Assembly: GCF_035084215.1 (NCBI RefSeq)
Contig: NC_090344.1
Location: forward strand, 43,152,001-43,216,000
Source: Heptranchias perlo
Taxonomy: Eukaryota
DNA: 64,000 nucleotides
Direction: 5' to 3'
How positions within the stretch are numbered: the first letter of the stretch is position 1; the number at the start of each line of letters is the position of its first letter. The translations under genes and the position numbers were made by a program. Positions 1-14,092 of this stretch are shown here, piece by piece. The notes under the pieces are model-generated. The model was not told the DNA's origin and did no database searches. It saw only the letters and a list, made by a program, of their open reading frames with translations.

Positions 1-58
1 GTTTCCATGAGAGTCCACTTTCAGGAGGTTTCCATACAGAGTATCAAACACTAACCCC
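1..58 (-). CDS. NT5DC4: NT5C2-like nucleotidase, coding exon 4 (partial, continues beyond window start)
   Basis: Minus strand reads ttttattttgcag|G GGG TTA GTG TTT GAT ACT CTG TAT GGA AAC CTC CTG AAA GTG GAC TCT CAT GGA AAC = (R)GLVFDTLYGNLLKVDSHGN, matching cN-II RGLVFDTLYGNLLKVD. Phase 2 fits the previous exon. Confidence 0.9.
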
Positions 59-339
59 CTGCAAAATAAAAAGAAACAGGTTAAAATGGAGGCTTGTCGT
101 AAGATGCATACAGACAAAAGAAGGTGATTGATTCACACCACAAGTGGCAGTTAATTGAGGGTCAGATCACTTTTTCTGGTCATGTATTTTAGTTTCCACA
201 TTCCACTATCGTTTCTCAAACTGTCTCTCACTAAATGCAGACTGTAAAGCTCCAAGGATTTAGCACCCTATTTTTAGAAGGCGCCTCGGGCAAACACTCA
301 GTTACCCTGAGATGGAATCTATGCTTTCTGATTTACTTC

Positions 340-600
340 GAATCATGAAATCTTACAGCACAGAAGGAGGCCATTCAGCCCGTCGTGCCTATGCCAGCAT
401 TTTGAAAGAGCTGTCCAATTCAGTCCCACATCCCAGCTTTTTCCCCATAACCCTGCAAATTAGTCCTCTTCAAGTACATGTCCAATTCCCTTTTGGAAGT
501 TGCTACGGAATCTGATTCCACTGCGCTTTCAGGTAGTGCGTTCCAGATCTTAACAACCCTCTGTGTGAAAACATTTCTCCTCATTTCCCCTTCACTTCTT
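340..600 (-). mobile_element. CR1 LINE 3' end fragment
   Basis: The ORF tail FTQRVVKIWNALPESAVE...ELDMYL is the CR1 ORF2 C-terminus, followed by the typical 3'UTR (ctgtgctgtaagatttcatgattc). Confidence 0.85.
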
Positions 601-2764
601 CTTAACTTTCCCACAGAATATAACCAAGCCAATGAGCAGTTGACTTTATTCAGATTTACCACTTTAATAACTGGACCTTTGCAACTGAGCATCAGCTAAA
701 ACGCTCTGGTAGAGGAGTCAGCAACAGCAGGTAGGTTGAGTGTAGGTCCCATCTGTGCTTTAAATCCCACATTCATGTGAAAAGTCCACTCGTTGTCACA
801 CCATCAAAAATATCCATCATGGAAAGCTGCTGAAAGGCCTGAGCTATTGAAGTCCATAAAATTAACAAAGTTGACAAAGTTGTTTAGCAGACCCTAAATG
901 TATTGGTCAGATGAAAATTGCACGTAATAAAAAGGGCAAAGATGGAAAGACGGTGACGTGCCACCCAACAATTCATCCTGTGGCAAGAAAAGATCGGGCA
1001 GGGAAGGCAATATTTCCAGGACTTGTTAATGAAATAGAGAGTTGTTTTAAAAATGGATAATAGTCAGAACAATTTTCATAATTTCAAGCCAATAAAAATA
1101 TCAGATTGGTTGATATTCCAAACAGAGGCCAGGACTAGACCGATGTGGATTGGGTCAGATGTAGCTGCAATGGATGTGGAGAGAGGGTACAAAGCTAAGT
1201 CAGGGTTGGGATGTGTGGAGCTTAGAAGCATGCAAGCTGGGGTTGAAGCCAGACCCCGAGTCAGATTCTGGCATGGCAAGACTGCAGGGAAGGTGCTGAC
1301 AAGGGCCCGAGGCTTAGGTTGAGTGGGGATTCAGGTTAGAGTCAGTGGCGATCGCTCAGCGTGAGATCAAGCATGAAAAAACCCAACGGCATTAGCAACG
1401 GCTGCTGAATCGACTTACACAATTATTGCTGCTCTTCAAAAGGAATTCATAGTGTGAACTGCTTTCAAACGTTTCAACTTGATAAAGTGCTTTATAATCA
1501 CTGTATAGTATTTAACTCTCCCAAGTATTCTGCGTACATTCAATACAGTGTATTTCGTAGAAGTGCTGCTATGTATATGCCATACCATGTACTTCATGCC
1601 ATGCAAGCAATTTGTATGGGAGATTGTATATTGTGGAAATACCAGCACCTTTGTCAACAGTACAGCCTGTACAATTCTCAAATGCCACATCCTCTTCACT
1701 AGTAAGTGTACAACCACCCATCTTAACAGTACATATGCCTTTAGCTAAGCTCACAAAGAACACAGATCCACATTGATGATCACCTTTTCCCCCCATATAA
1801 GTGATTTCCTCATCGGTTCGTTTTCAGAAACAGGCAGGCAGTCCATTTCGAGTTAACAAAATAACCGTCATGAAATAACTTTGATGTCTATACCCAGTTA
1901 TTCAAATTTCACAAATTTACCTCCAAATTAACAATTTTTACTGGTAGTCAAAGGCAGGGAGTACACAGTGTGACAATGTGATAATCTGGGAAATTCAGGG
2001 GTTTGATATGATGCACGGATGAAGGGTCAAGTTGGGCTTGTTGTCGATTATGCATTGCATTTGGTATTTTATGTAACGTAACACAAGATATAAATTACCA
2101 CTTGATACTGTGAAATTCAATTCTTCAGTAAAGGCCTAGAAAGGATTTTTGTCTAGAATTGATCTGGTATTGACTTCTTTCATTCTTAGTCATAATATTT
2201 GTTCTAATACATCGCTGAGCTGGGCATATCAATATTTATCTGTTTGATTAAGAACAATCAGAAGATGGTTCACCAAGTTGAACTCAACTGGGTTTTCTTT
2301 TAATCATTGCTAATCAGACAGTTAATTTTATTAGGCTTAAAAAAAAATCCAAGTTACAGTTACAGTCATTGAACTCAACATGCTACTCAGAAAAAAAGTG
2401 TTCATGCTTTGGAAATGCTGGCATTTGTATTAAGCCCTTAATGTGTGTTCAGGCCTCTGTTTGCACTATTATAGTGTAACAGATAAGAGAAGGGTTCATG
2501 CTGGACATGGTTACGTTACTGAGGTTACTCTTGGACAGCTAAACAAACAAAGTTGCACCAAGCACTCCTGATTTGACCTCCACTCTGAATGAAAGGTATC
2601 CTCTGAACGTGGGCTCATCATGCTCCTATTCTGGGTGCCAGTGTCACATTAATGAATAACCATACACAAGCGTAACCATCGCAGAACTCCTCTAACTCCT
2701 TGCGTGCATGTATTCACTTGTGCAGCCCCAGAAAATGGACCACAGATAAATTCATGCAAAGCAC

Positions 2765-3190
2765 TTACAGAATCAACAATCCAAAAGGAGGCCATTCAGC
2801 CCATCATTCCCAAGCTGGTGATAGCTCTTGAACAGGAGCTGTCTACTCTAATCCCACTCCCCGCATTCTTCTATATTCTTCCTTTTCAAATACTTATCCA
2901 ATTCCCTTTTTAATAAATTTATTGTCTCAACAGCCATTTGTGGAAGGCACTCCATGTTCTAATACCCCTCTACGTTAAAATATTTCTTCCAACTTCCTCT
3001 TCATTCTTCTAGCAATAATCCTGAGTCTATATCCCCTTGTTACCAATTTCACAATTAATGGCAACATCCTTCCACCATGAAGCCTATCAAAAACTTTCAG
3101 AAATTTGAAAACCACTATCAGATCCTCCCGTAACCTTTTTATTGGGGCGAAGCTGCACAATAATATATGATTCTCCACATTAAACTCCAT
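2765..3190 (-). mobile_element. Degraded CR1 LINE 3' fragment
   Basis: RLREDLIVVFKFLKVFDRL...TRGYRLRI resembles CR1 RLRGDLIEVFKI...TRGHRFK. Confidence 0.7.
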
Positions 3191-3612
3191 TTTTCATTGC
3201 AGGATTTCTCCAGGTTGATGTAAATACTTTCCATCTCATCACTGAACCCCTGACCACATAACTTGGTGTCCTCAGTAAATTTCATAGCATTACTAGCAGC
3301 ACCCTATCTCATATCATTTACCAGGACTACCATGAGCTTCTACCTTACTTAAAAGCTTCAAATGTGGAACCTTTTCAGATTACAGATCGATCTCTCTCTG
3401 ACACTGCAGAGTAATCCCAATAAGAGAAGCAGAGTACCACCCCCTCCATAGACATAACAGAGCAAACCCCAAATGACAGACCAGAATATCCCATCCCCAT
3501 TTGAACATTAGTTTCTCCCTAGGAGTAACCACAGACAAGTAATAGCCTTGCAAGGAATGAGCACTGAGTAAAACTATCTCCTTAGTCGAGGTATATCACT
3601 AAACTGGTTTTA

Positions 3613-3774
<162 letters not shown>

Positions 3775-4069
3775 TCATAGATCATTAGACAAGATCAATG
3801 CAATGAAAAACACAATCAACATGATTCAGTGAAGTGTTTCTTCTCATTTTTTTTAAGCTGTCCTCTTGTAAGTCATTTACTTTGAAATTAAAGCAGCTAA
3901 TTTTTGTTAAAGCCCATAGCCAGGATGTATTTATCTTTGTATATTATGTAATTATTTAAAAATATTGTAACCACGAACAGTACCTACTTATCTTTTTCAC
4001 GTTCCTGTAAGTGGCAATGAATTATTTTGCAGACACTAACAGGCTTTTTCTTTTAAAACATTCAGTTTT

Positions 4070-4634
<565 letters not shown>

Positions 4635-4951
4635 TTACACAAATAGGAAAAAAGGTGGCACCATGGCATAGGGCCCAGTATTTTCAACACAATGTTCCTT
4701 AGTGGCAGGACATGCTCCCAACAAAGGCTATGCTGATCTCAGGTGTTCTGTCAAAAGTCAGCTCGGAGTAAAGAGAGCGAGCCATTCCGAATTGGTCTTG
4801 AGAATTACCATGTAACTGGTTTGAGAGTAGGCTGCCTGCCTTTAATATTGTATTGGGGAACAGTCCATGGCAGATAAGAGAACTAAAAGGATGGGGAGCT
4901 AGATTGAAAACAGGTAAAAAATTGAGACTGGGAGTAAAATAACTTTAAATA

Positions 4952-7900
4952 TCCCAGTGTGGGTACTGTACGTACCGGTCTCAGTCCTGACCCAGTGTGC
5001 ATACTGTACGTACCGGTCTCAGTCCTGTCCCAGTGTGCATACTGTACGTACCGGTCTCAGTCCTGACCCAGTGTGCATACTGTACGTACCGGTCTCAGTC
5101 CTGACCCAGTGTGCATACTGTATGTACCGGTCTCAGTCCTGACCCAGTGTGGGTACTGTATATACCGGTCTCAGTCCTGTCCCAGTGTGCATACTGTATG
5201 TACCGGTCTCAGTCCTGACCCAGTGTGCATACTGTACGTACCGGTCTCAGTCCTGTCCCAGTGTGCATACTGTACGTACCGGTCTCAGTCCTGTCCCAGT
5301 GTGCATACTGTACGTACCGGTCTCAGTCCTGTCCCAGTGTGCATACTGTACGTACCGGTCTCAGTCCTGACCCAGTGTGCATACTGTACGTACCGGTCTC
5401 AGTCCTGACCCAGTGTGCATACTGTACGTACCGGTCTCAGTCCTGTCCCAGTGTGCATACTGTACGTACCGGTCTCAGTCCTGACCCAGTGTGCATACTG
5501 TACGTACCGGTCTCAGTCCTGACCCAGTGTGCATACTGTACGTACCGGTCTCAGTCCTGACCCAGTGTGGGTACTGTATATACCGGTCTCAGTCCTGTCC
5601 CAGTGTGCATACTGTATGTACCGGTCTCAGTCCTGTCCCAGTGTGAATACTGTACGTACCGGTCTCAGTCCTGACCCAGTGTGGGTACTGTACGTACCGG
5701 TCTCAGTCCTGACCCAGTGTGGGTGATGTATGTACCGGTCTCAGTCCTGACCCAGTGTGGGTACTGTATGTACCAGTCTCAGTCCTGTCCCAGTGTGAAT
5801 ACTGTACGTACCGGTCTCAGTCCTGACCCAGTGTGGGTGATGTATGTACCGGTCTCAGTCCTGTCCCAGTGTGCATACTGTATGTACCGGTCTCAGTCCT
5901 GTCCCAGTGTGAATACTGTACGTACCGGTCTCAGTCCTGACCCAGTGTGGGTACTGTACGTACCAGTCTCAGTCCTGACCCAGTGTGGGTGATGTATGTA
6001 CCGGTCTCAGTCCTGACCCAGTGTGGGTGATGTATGTACCGGTCTCAGTCCTGTCCCAGTGTGCATACTGTATGTACCGGTCTCAGTCCTGTCCCAGTGT
6101 GCATACTGTATGTACCGGTCTCAGTCCTGTCCCAGTGTGCATACTGTATGTACCAGTCTCAGTCCTGTCCCAGTGTGAGTGATGTATGTACCGGTCTCAG
6201 TCCTGACCCAGTGTGGGTACTGTATATACCGGTCTCAGTCCTGTCCCAGTGTGCATACTGTATGTACCGGTCTCAGTCCTGACCCAGTGTGCATACTGTA
6301 TGTACCAGTCTCAGTCCTGTCCCAGTGTGGGTGATGTATGTACCGGTCTCAGTCCTGTCCCAGTGTGCATACTGTATGTACCGGTCTCAGTCCTGTCCCA
6401 GTGTGAATACTGTACGTACCGGTCTCAGTCCTGACCCAGTGTGGGTACTGTACGTACCAGTCTCAGTCCTGACCCAGTGTGGGTGATGTATGTACCGGTC
6501 TCAGTCCTGTCCCAGTGTGCATACTGTATGTACCGGTCTCAGTCCTGTCCCAGTGTGCATACTGTATGTACCGGTCTCAGTCCTGTCCCAGTGTGGGTGA
6601 TGTATGTACCGGTCTCAGTCCTGACCCAGTGTGGGTACTGTATATACCGGTCTCAGTCCTGTCCCAGTGTGCATACTGTATGTACCGGTCTCAGTCCTGA
6701 CCCAGTGTGCATACTGTATGTACCAGTCTCAGTCCTGTCCCAGTGTGGGTGATGTATGTACCAGTCTCAGTCCTGACCCAGTGTGGGTGATGTATGTACC
6801 AGTCTCAGTCCTGTCCCAGTGTGGGTGATGTATGCACCAGTCCTAGTCCTGTCCCAGTGTGAATACTGTATGTACCAGTCCCAGTCCTGACCCAGTGTGA
6901 GTACTGTATGTACCGGTCTCAGTCCTGACCCAGTGTGGGTGATGTATGTACCAGTCCCAGTCCTGTCCCAGTGTGGGTGATGTATGTACCAGTCTCAGTC
7001 CTGACCCAGTGTGCATACTGTATGTACCGGTCTCAGTCCTGACCCAGTGTGGGTGATGTATGTACCGGTCTCAGTCCTGTCCCAGTGTGCATACTGTATG
7101 TACCGGTCTCAGTCCTGACCCAGTGTGGGTGATGTATGTACCGGTCTCAGTCCTGTCCCAGTGTGCATACTGTATGTACCGGTCTCAGTCCTGTCCCAGT
7201 GTGGGTGATGTATGTACCGGTCTCAGTCCTGACCCAGTGTGGGTGATGTATGTACCGGTCTCAGTCCTGACCCAGTGTGCATACTGTATGTACCAGTCCC
7301 AGTCCTGACCCAGTGTGGGTGATGTATGTACCGGTCTCAGTCCTGACCCAGTGTGCATACTGTATGTACCGGTCTCAGTCCTGTCCCAGTGTGGGTGATG
7401 TATGTACCAGTCTCAGTCCTGTCCCAGTGTGAATACTGTACGTACCGGTCTCAGTCCTGACCCAGTGTGGGTGATGTGTGTACCGGTCTCAGTCCTGTCC
7501 CAGTGTGCATACTGTATGTACCGGTCTCAGTCCTGTCCCAGTGTGAATACTGTACGTACCGGTCTCAGTCCTGACCCAGTGTGGGTACTGTACGTACCAG
7601 TCTCAGTCCTGACCCAGTGTGGGTGATGTATGTACCGGTCTCAGTCCTGACCCAGTGTGGGTGATGTATGTACCGGTCTCAGTCCTGTCCCAGTGTGCAT
7701 ACTGTATGTACCGGTCTCAGTCCTGTCCCAGTGTGCATACTGTATGTACCGGTCTCAGTCCTGTCCCAGTGTGCATACTGTATGTACCGGTCTCAGTCCT
7801 GACCCAGTGTGCATACTGTATATACCAGTCTCAGTCCTGTCCCAGTGTGGGTGATGTATGTACCGGTCTCAGTCATGTCCCAGTGTGCATACTGTATGTA

Positions 7901-10562
7901 CCGGTCTCAGTCCTGTCCCAGTGTGAATACTGTACGTACCGGTCTCAGTCCTGACCCAGTGTGGGTACTGTATATACCGGTCACAGTCCTGTCCCAGTGT
8001 GCATACTGTATGTACCGGTCTCAGTCCTGACCCAGTGTGCATACTGTATGTACCAGTCTCAGTCCTGTCCCAGTGTGGGTGATGTATGTACCGGTCTCAG
8101 TCCTGTCCCAGTGTGCATACTGTATGTACCGGTCTCAGTCCTGTCCCAGTGTGAATACTGTACGTACCGGTCTCAGTCCTGACCCAGTGTGGGTACTGTA
8201 CGTACCAGTCTCAGTCCTGACCCAGTGTGGGTGATGTATGTACCGGTCTCAGTCCTGTCCCAGTGTGCATACTGTATGTACCGGTCTCAGTCCTGTCCCA
8301 GTGTGCATACTGTATGTACCGGTCTCAGTCCTGTCCCAGTGTGGGTGATGTATGTACCGGTCTCAGTCCTGACCCAGTGTGGGTACTGTATATACCGGTC
8401 TCAGTCCTGTCCCAGTGTGCATACTGTATGTACCGGTCTCAGTCCTGACCCAGTGTGCATACTGTATGTACCAGTCTCAGTCCTGTCCCAGTGTGGATGA
8501 TGTATGTACCAGTCTCAGTCCTGTCCCAGTGTGGGTGATGTATGCACCAGTCCTAGTCCTGTCCCAGTGTGAATACTGTATGTACCAGTCCCAGTCCTGA
8601 CCCAGTGTGAGTACTGTATGTACCGGTCTCAGTCCTGACCCAGTGTGGGTGATGTATGTACCAGTCCCAGTCCTGTCCCAGTGTGGGTGATGTATGTACC
8701 AGTCTCAGTCCTGACCCAGTGTGCATACTGTATGTACCGGTCTCAGTCCTGACCCAGTGTGGGTGATGTATGTACCGGTCTCAGTCCTGTCCCAGTGTGC
8801 ATACTGTATGTACCGGTCTCAGTCCTGACCCAGTGTGGGTGATGTATGTACCGGTCTCAGTCCTGTCCCAGTGTGCATACTGTATGTACCGGTCTCAGTC
8901 CTGTCCCAGTGTGGGTGATGTATGTACCGGTCTCAGTCCTGTCCCAGTGTGCATACTGTATGTACCGGTCTCAGTCCTGTCCCAGTGTGGGTGATGTACG
9001 TACCGGTCTCAGTCCTGACCCAGTGTGCATACTGTATGTACCAGTCCCAGTCCTGACCCAGTGTGGGTGATGTATGTACCGGTCTCAGTCCTGTCCCAGT
9101 GTGGGTGATGTATGTACCGGTCTCAGTCCTGTCCCAGTGTGGGTGATGTATGTACCGGTCTCAGTCCTGACCCAGTGTGGGTGATGTATGTACCGGTCTC
9201 AGTCCTGTCCCAGTGTGGGTGATGTATGCACCGGTCTCAGTCCTGACCCAGTGTGCATACTGTATGTACCAGTCCCAGTCCTGTCCCAGTGTGGGTGATG
9301 TATGTACCAGTCCCAGTCCTGTCCCAGTGTGGGTGATGTATGCACCGGTCTCAGTCCTGACCCAGTGTGCATACTGTATGTACCAGTCCCAGTCCTGTCC
9401 CAGTGTGGGTGATGTATGTACCAGTCCCAGTCCTGTCCCAGTGTGGGTGATGTATGTACCAGTCCCAGTCCTGACCCAGTGTGCATACTGTATATACCGG
9501 TCTCAGTCCTGACCCAGTGTGCATACTGTATGTACCAGTCCCAGTCCTGTCCCAATGTGGGTGATGTATGTACCAGTCCCAGTCCTGACCCAGTGTGGGT
9601 GATGTATGTACCAGTCCCAGTCCTGACCCAGTGTGGGTGATGTATGTACCAGTCCCAGTCCTGTCCCAGTGTGGGTGATGTATGCACCGGTCTCAGTCCT
9701 GACCCAGTGTGCATACTGTATGTACCAGTCCCAGTCCTGTCCCAATGTGGGTGATGTATGTACCAGTCCCAGTCCTGACCCAGTGTGGGTGATGTATGTA
9801 CCGGTCTCAGTCCTGACCCAGTGTGCATACTGTATGTACCAGTCCCAGTCCTGTCCCAGTGTGGGTGATGTATGCACCGGTCTCAGTCCTGACCCAGTGT
9901 GCATACTGTATGTACCAGTCCCAGTCCTGTCCCAGTGTGGGTGATGTATGTACCAGTCCCAGTCCTGTCCCAGTGTGGGTGATGTATGTACCAGTCCCAG
10001 TCCTGACCCAGTGTGGGTGGTGTATGTACCAGTCCCAGTCCTGTCCCAGTGTGGGTGATGTATGCACCGGTCTCAGTCCTGACCCAGTGTGCATACTGTA
10101 TGTACCAGTCCCAGTCCTGTCCCAGTGTGGGTGATGTATGTACCAGTCCCAGTCCTGTCCCAGTGTGGGTGATGTATGCACCGGTCTCAGTCCTGACCCA
10201 GTGTGCATACTGTATGTACCAGTCCCAGTGTGAATACTGTATGTACCGGTCTCAGTCCTGACCCAGTGTGAGTACTGTATGTACCAGTCTCAGTCCTGAC
10301 CCAGTGTGGGTGATGTATGTACCAGTCCCAGTCCTGTCCCAGTGTGGGTGATGTATGCACCGGTCTCAGTCCTGACCCAGTGTGGGTGATGTATGTACCA
10401 GTCCCAGTCCTGACCCAGTGTGGGTGATGTATGTACCGGTCTCAGTCCTGTCCCAGTGTGAATACTGTATGTACCGGTCTCAGTCCTGACCCAGTGTGGG
10501 TACTGTATGTACCAGTCTCAGTCCTGACCCAGTGTGAATACTGTATGTACCGGTCTCAGTCT
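4952..10562. repeat. Intronic tandem satellite, 38-bp unit, about 147 copies
   Basis: Unit CCCAGTGTG(CATAC/GGTGA)TGTA(C/T)GTACC(G/A)GTCTCAGTCCTG(A/T) repeats without spacers for 5.6 kb and explains all ORFs from 4957 to 10261. Confidence 0.98.
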
Positions 10563-13500
10563 TGATTCCCGTTGCCAGAGAATTTTGGAAAATTATGGTT
10601 CGTAATTCATTTTTGCCAGTTTAAGTTGGTGACGTAATGTAAGACTGCATGATAAATCTCTGAGCAGTTCATGGAAGCTATTTGAATGCTGATCTGTGAA
10701 TCTGAAAAATGAGAACAGTCAGTTGTAATGTTATCTGTGTAAAGTGGACATTAACCTGCGAGCCTGAATACTGGGTTGGCACCTGCTCACTGAGCTTTAT
10801 CCTGTCCGGAAATTCAGGGAATGTACCTGCAGATCCAAGGACTCAGCTGCAGGAGGTTCCAGCGCTTTGCACAAGTTACTGAATTACTTGCAACGCAATC
10901 TATATTTGTTCTCGCTGAAAGTAAAACCATTTTAAATTATTATCTGGAAACAAGTTTTTCTCCCGATGGGAATGGGTTCCGGGGTTTGATCCTTCTCTGA
11001 TCTTCTTGTGTAATTTCCCATTGAAAACGATGTCCTCTGCCAACACCAACCTGTTCCATGCAGTGGAAGTGGCACTGCAATTCAAGTTACAAATGGAATT
11101 GGCTCCTCAAATCGCTCAGCAACTTTATCCAATGAGTCCTTGACCCATCTGTACCTGGAAGGTCTGCACCTCTGACCTTTCCGCCTCGGGGTTATTTAAG
11201 TAGAGGAAGCAGGCCCCTCAGCTATGGTGCCCCATGGGGTCGCAGTCAGCCTGTGCTGCCTGCAGAAAATTTACCGGGCTGTTCTTGAGCCTGTGCAAGG
11301 CCACGCTCGCTGAGCACAGATGCCAAAAAGGAGAAATCGGAGCCCCACTGTTGTCAGGAAAATGCTGGACGCCTTGGTCGTACCTGCACACACCGGAATC
11401 AGAAGAGTGCTTTCCGATTTACAGAGGCCAGCCTACACAGGGTGGTTGTCTGCCAACGTTAGACAAATTGGGAAGATACAGCCGGGCACATTCTTCACTG
11501 CCAACCCGGGCACTGGGGAAATGGTGGGTTAGCGCAAAAAGGCAGGAGCGAGAAGGGCACATCCCCAAGCACCTTCACCCCACTCCTTCACTGACCCAGA
11601 TACACCAAATGAAAATCAGCAGGGGGCGGGGAGGAGAATCAGAGAGCCTGAGCCTCACTGACTGAGCGCACACATGAAGAATGGGCATTTAGACAAAGCA
11701 CTGGAACATATCCAGCACCCAAACAAGCCATACCCCAGCAAGAATCAGCACTTTCAGGGGAAAATATTTATAAAACAAGGGGGAAAAACTACACTGAACC
11801 CCGATGCTTGCATCTTTTTGTTATTCAGTGATACTCGCTGATTAAACTTGCCTATCAGTAACACAATCCAAACTCAATGGGGATGAAAACTCAACTGCAA
11901 CTCGCATTTATATAGAAAATTTATCCAGCACCTTCATGTAGAAAAATGCCCAAGGTGCTTGAGGCATAATCAGACAAAAAATCTTCCGAAATATGTGCTT
12001 AGTGGCCCAAGCATTTATCCCACAACCAAAAGTGCTTTCTGGACTGTTACTTAAATCTACCTGACCTGCCTGAAATGCTCTGATCTGTTCGCCAGTGTGT
12101 CGAGTCATAGTGGAGCAGCAGTGTGCTGCTGGGATAAGTCTCTAATAACAGAGCATCAGCGTGTGGTCAGGCTGTTGGGAGGAGGTCCCCATAAAACAGC
12201 TCTAGCTTGTGGTGAGGCCACTCGGAGGACTGGTAACAAAAATAAAAAAATCAGTGTGTGGTCAGACCCCTGGGTGGAGGCCCTGATAACTGTGTCAAGG
12301 GGTTTGCTGGATAGCGGCCCTGATAACAGTGTCGGGGGGTTGATGAGACCCCTGGGTAGTGACCCTGATAGCTGTGCTGTTGCACAGTCAGACCACGGGC
12401 TGAAGGATATTGTTGGGAGTGTTGTACCAGGGAGCTAAAGGAAGCTCAGTAAAGAGCAGTGTCCCACACAGGGAGAGTAGGCTGGGAAACTAGATTGAAA
12501 CCAGCTCATCAAAGCTGAAATATAAAAATACACGCTGATCATTTTAAGTAACCTCAGAAACGACACTGTGCCTGAGGCAAACAGAACGCCACGTCAGGCA
12601 AAAATAGAAAATGCCACTGAATTGTTTCCACAGGGAAGCATTCTTAGTTGAATTCTTTGGAGCAAAATGACAGCCGTCTTTGCCATTTCTTACCATTCAC
12701 AACCTGACGGGAAGAATAAATTGAACACACACAAAAGCGTGCAGCAAAGGCATCTTCTTTTCGTATTCAAGCCGTGATGATGTGGAATTCCCTTCCTCAA
12801 TTGACTGTAGATTCTGCAGCTTACTGTTCTTTTCAGAGATTTAAAGATGGCTGTATAGTTATTTAGTGAACAATTAAGCACATTTTGCAGTTTTTTATGT
12901 GGTTTATATTTCCCAAAGCCAGGTTAACATATTTTGTGTTGTCCCATTATTTGATTCTCTATGATTTAAATGAAATAAAATGAATGTCACTCAGTCTGTA
13001 CCTTCCAGATGGTTCATGTCTACACATCTTTAATTTCTGTTTCACTAACTTCTCTCCAAGTACATTTGACACAGAGCATTCCGTATGGTATCGGTCGTTC
13101 CTGCTACTGAGTGTTAAAAGGTACAAAATAAATGGGAAAGCTGTGACGTGTTTGGAAGTCTGAGCCAAGCAAAGTAATGCTTTACCCTGGGGGCAAAAGG
13201 CAACTCTGCTGCATTGTAAACTAAATCCAGGAGTGCGTTTTGTGTCGCAGTAAGAAATCTGATTCACCAAGCCTTTCAGCAGAACCCTGAACAGCGCCTG
13301 CTTTGACTACGTTTCCGTACAATATTGTGACTTTTACTAAATAAACAGTGATAAGCAATAATTGATGAGCTGACGTGCATCTCTACCTGTGAAGTGCTTT
13401 AAGAGTTGAGAGCGCTATTATACTTCCGCAGTTCACGTACTGAAGCTGGATAGGTAGTTTGCAGGTTTTCTATTTAGGAGAGTCCAGAGTATTTAAGTGA

Positions 13501-13693
13501 AATAAGATTGTTGCTGGTGTCAGATGCCAGCAGAATCCTATCCTATTTTTCAAACAGCTCATAATTTTAATACAAATATGTTTAAATTTCTAGCGAAAAT
13601 GTCTGAACCTATTGGATTTGTACAATGACGCTCTATGCTTTGGCTCTGAACAACCATAACTCTACGAAGTATCTGTGAATGGTTTTTTTTTAC

Positions 13694-13833
13694 CTGTGGT
13701 GATAGTCTCTTTTCAGTTGTCGATAATCAACATGATGACAATCCCCTGCACTTCGGAAGTTGATGTGGTTCTCGTGAGGTGAGTGCTGATTGCTCTGCCC
13801 TGAGCATTCGCCTGGTACACTTCCCATACTCAT
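13694..13833 (-). CDS. NT5DC4: NT5C2-like nucleotidase, probable first coding exon
   Basis: ATG at 13833 opens MSMGSVPGECSGQSNQHSPHENHINFRSAGDCHHVDYRQLKRDYHH(R), ending CACAG|gtaaaa. The 140 nt give phase 2, joining exon 4596 in frame; KRDYHHR resembles NT5C2 RREAYHR. Confidence 0.75.
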
Positions 13834-14092
13834 CACTGTCGTTCTAACTTGTTGCAGTGTAAGGTTCTTGTGTAACACCGTGTGGAGAGAGCTGGAGAAT
13901 CAAGCCAGTCGACTCACCGCTCAAGGAGAAATTAGTCAATTCACTTCCAGTTCTTCATTCGTGATACACTATCAGTCGAGCCCAGCTGAGAGGCTCCAGT
14001 TTATCACTGGAGCTGTGTGCTTGCTGTGACAGGGAGCTCAGCACGTTTCAGCAGCTGCTGCAGTAAGGTCGAAGAAACCCTTGGCGACCTCC

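Noticed and set aside
4952-10562. CRISPR array or repetitive Cys-rich protein gene
   Set aside because: Units abut with no unique spacers, there are no cas genes, and the context is a vertebrate intron. The 38-bp period is not a multiple of 3, so the ORFs cycle through frames.
11100-11665. 143-aa ORF in a GC-richer patch
   Set aside because: No recognisable domain or convincing splice sites; possibly an old LINE remnant, but I cannot support a call.
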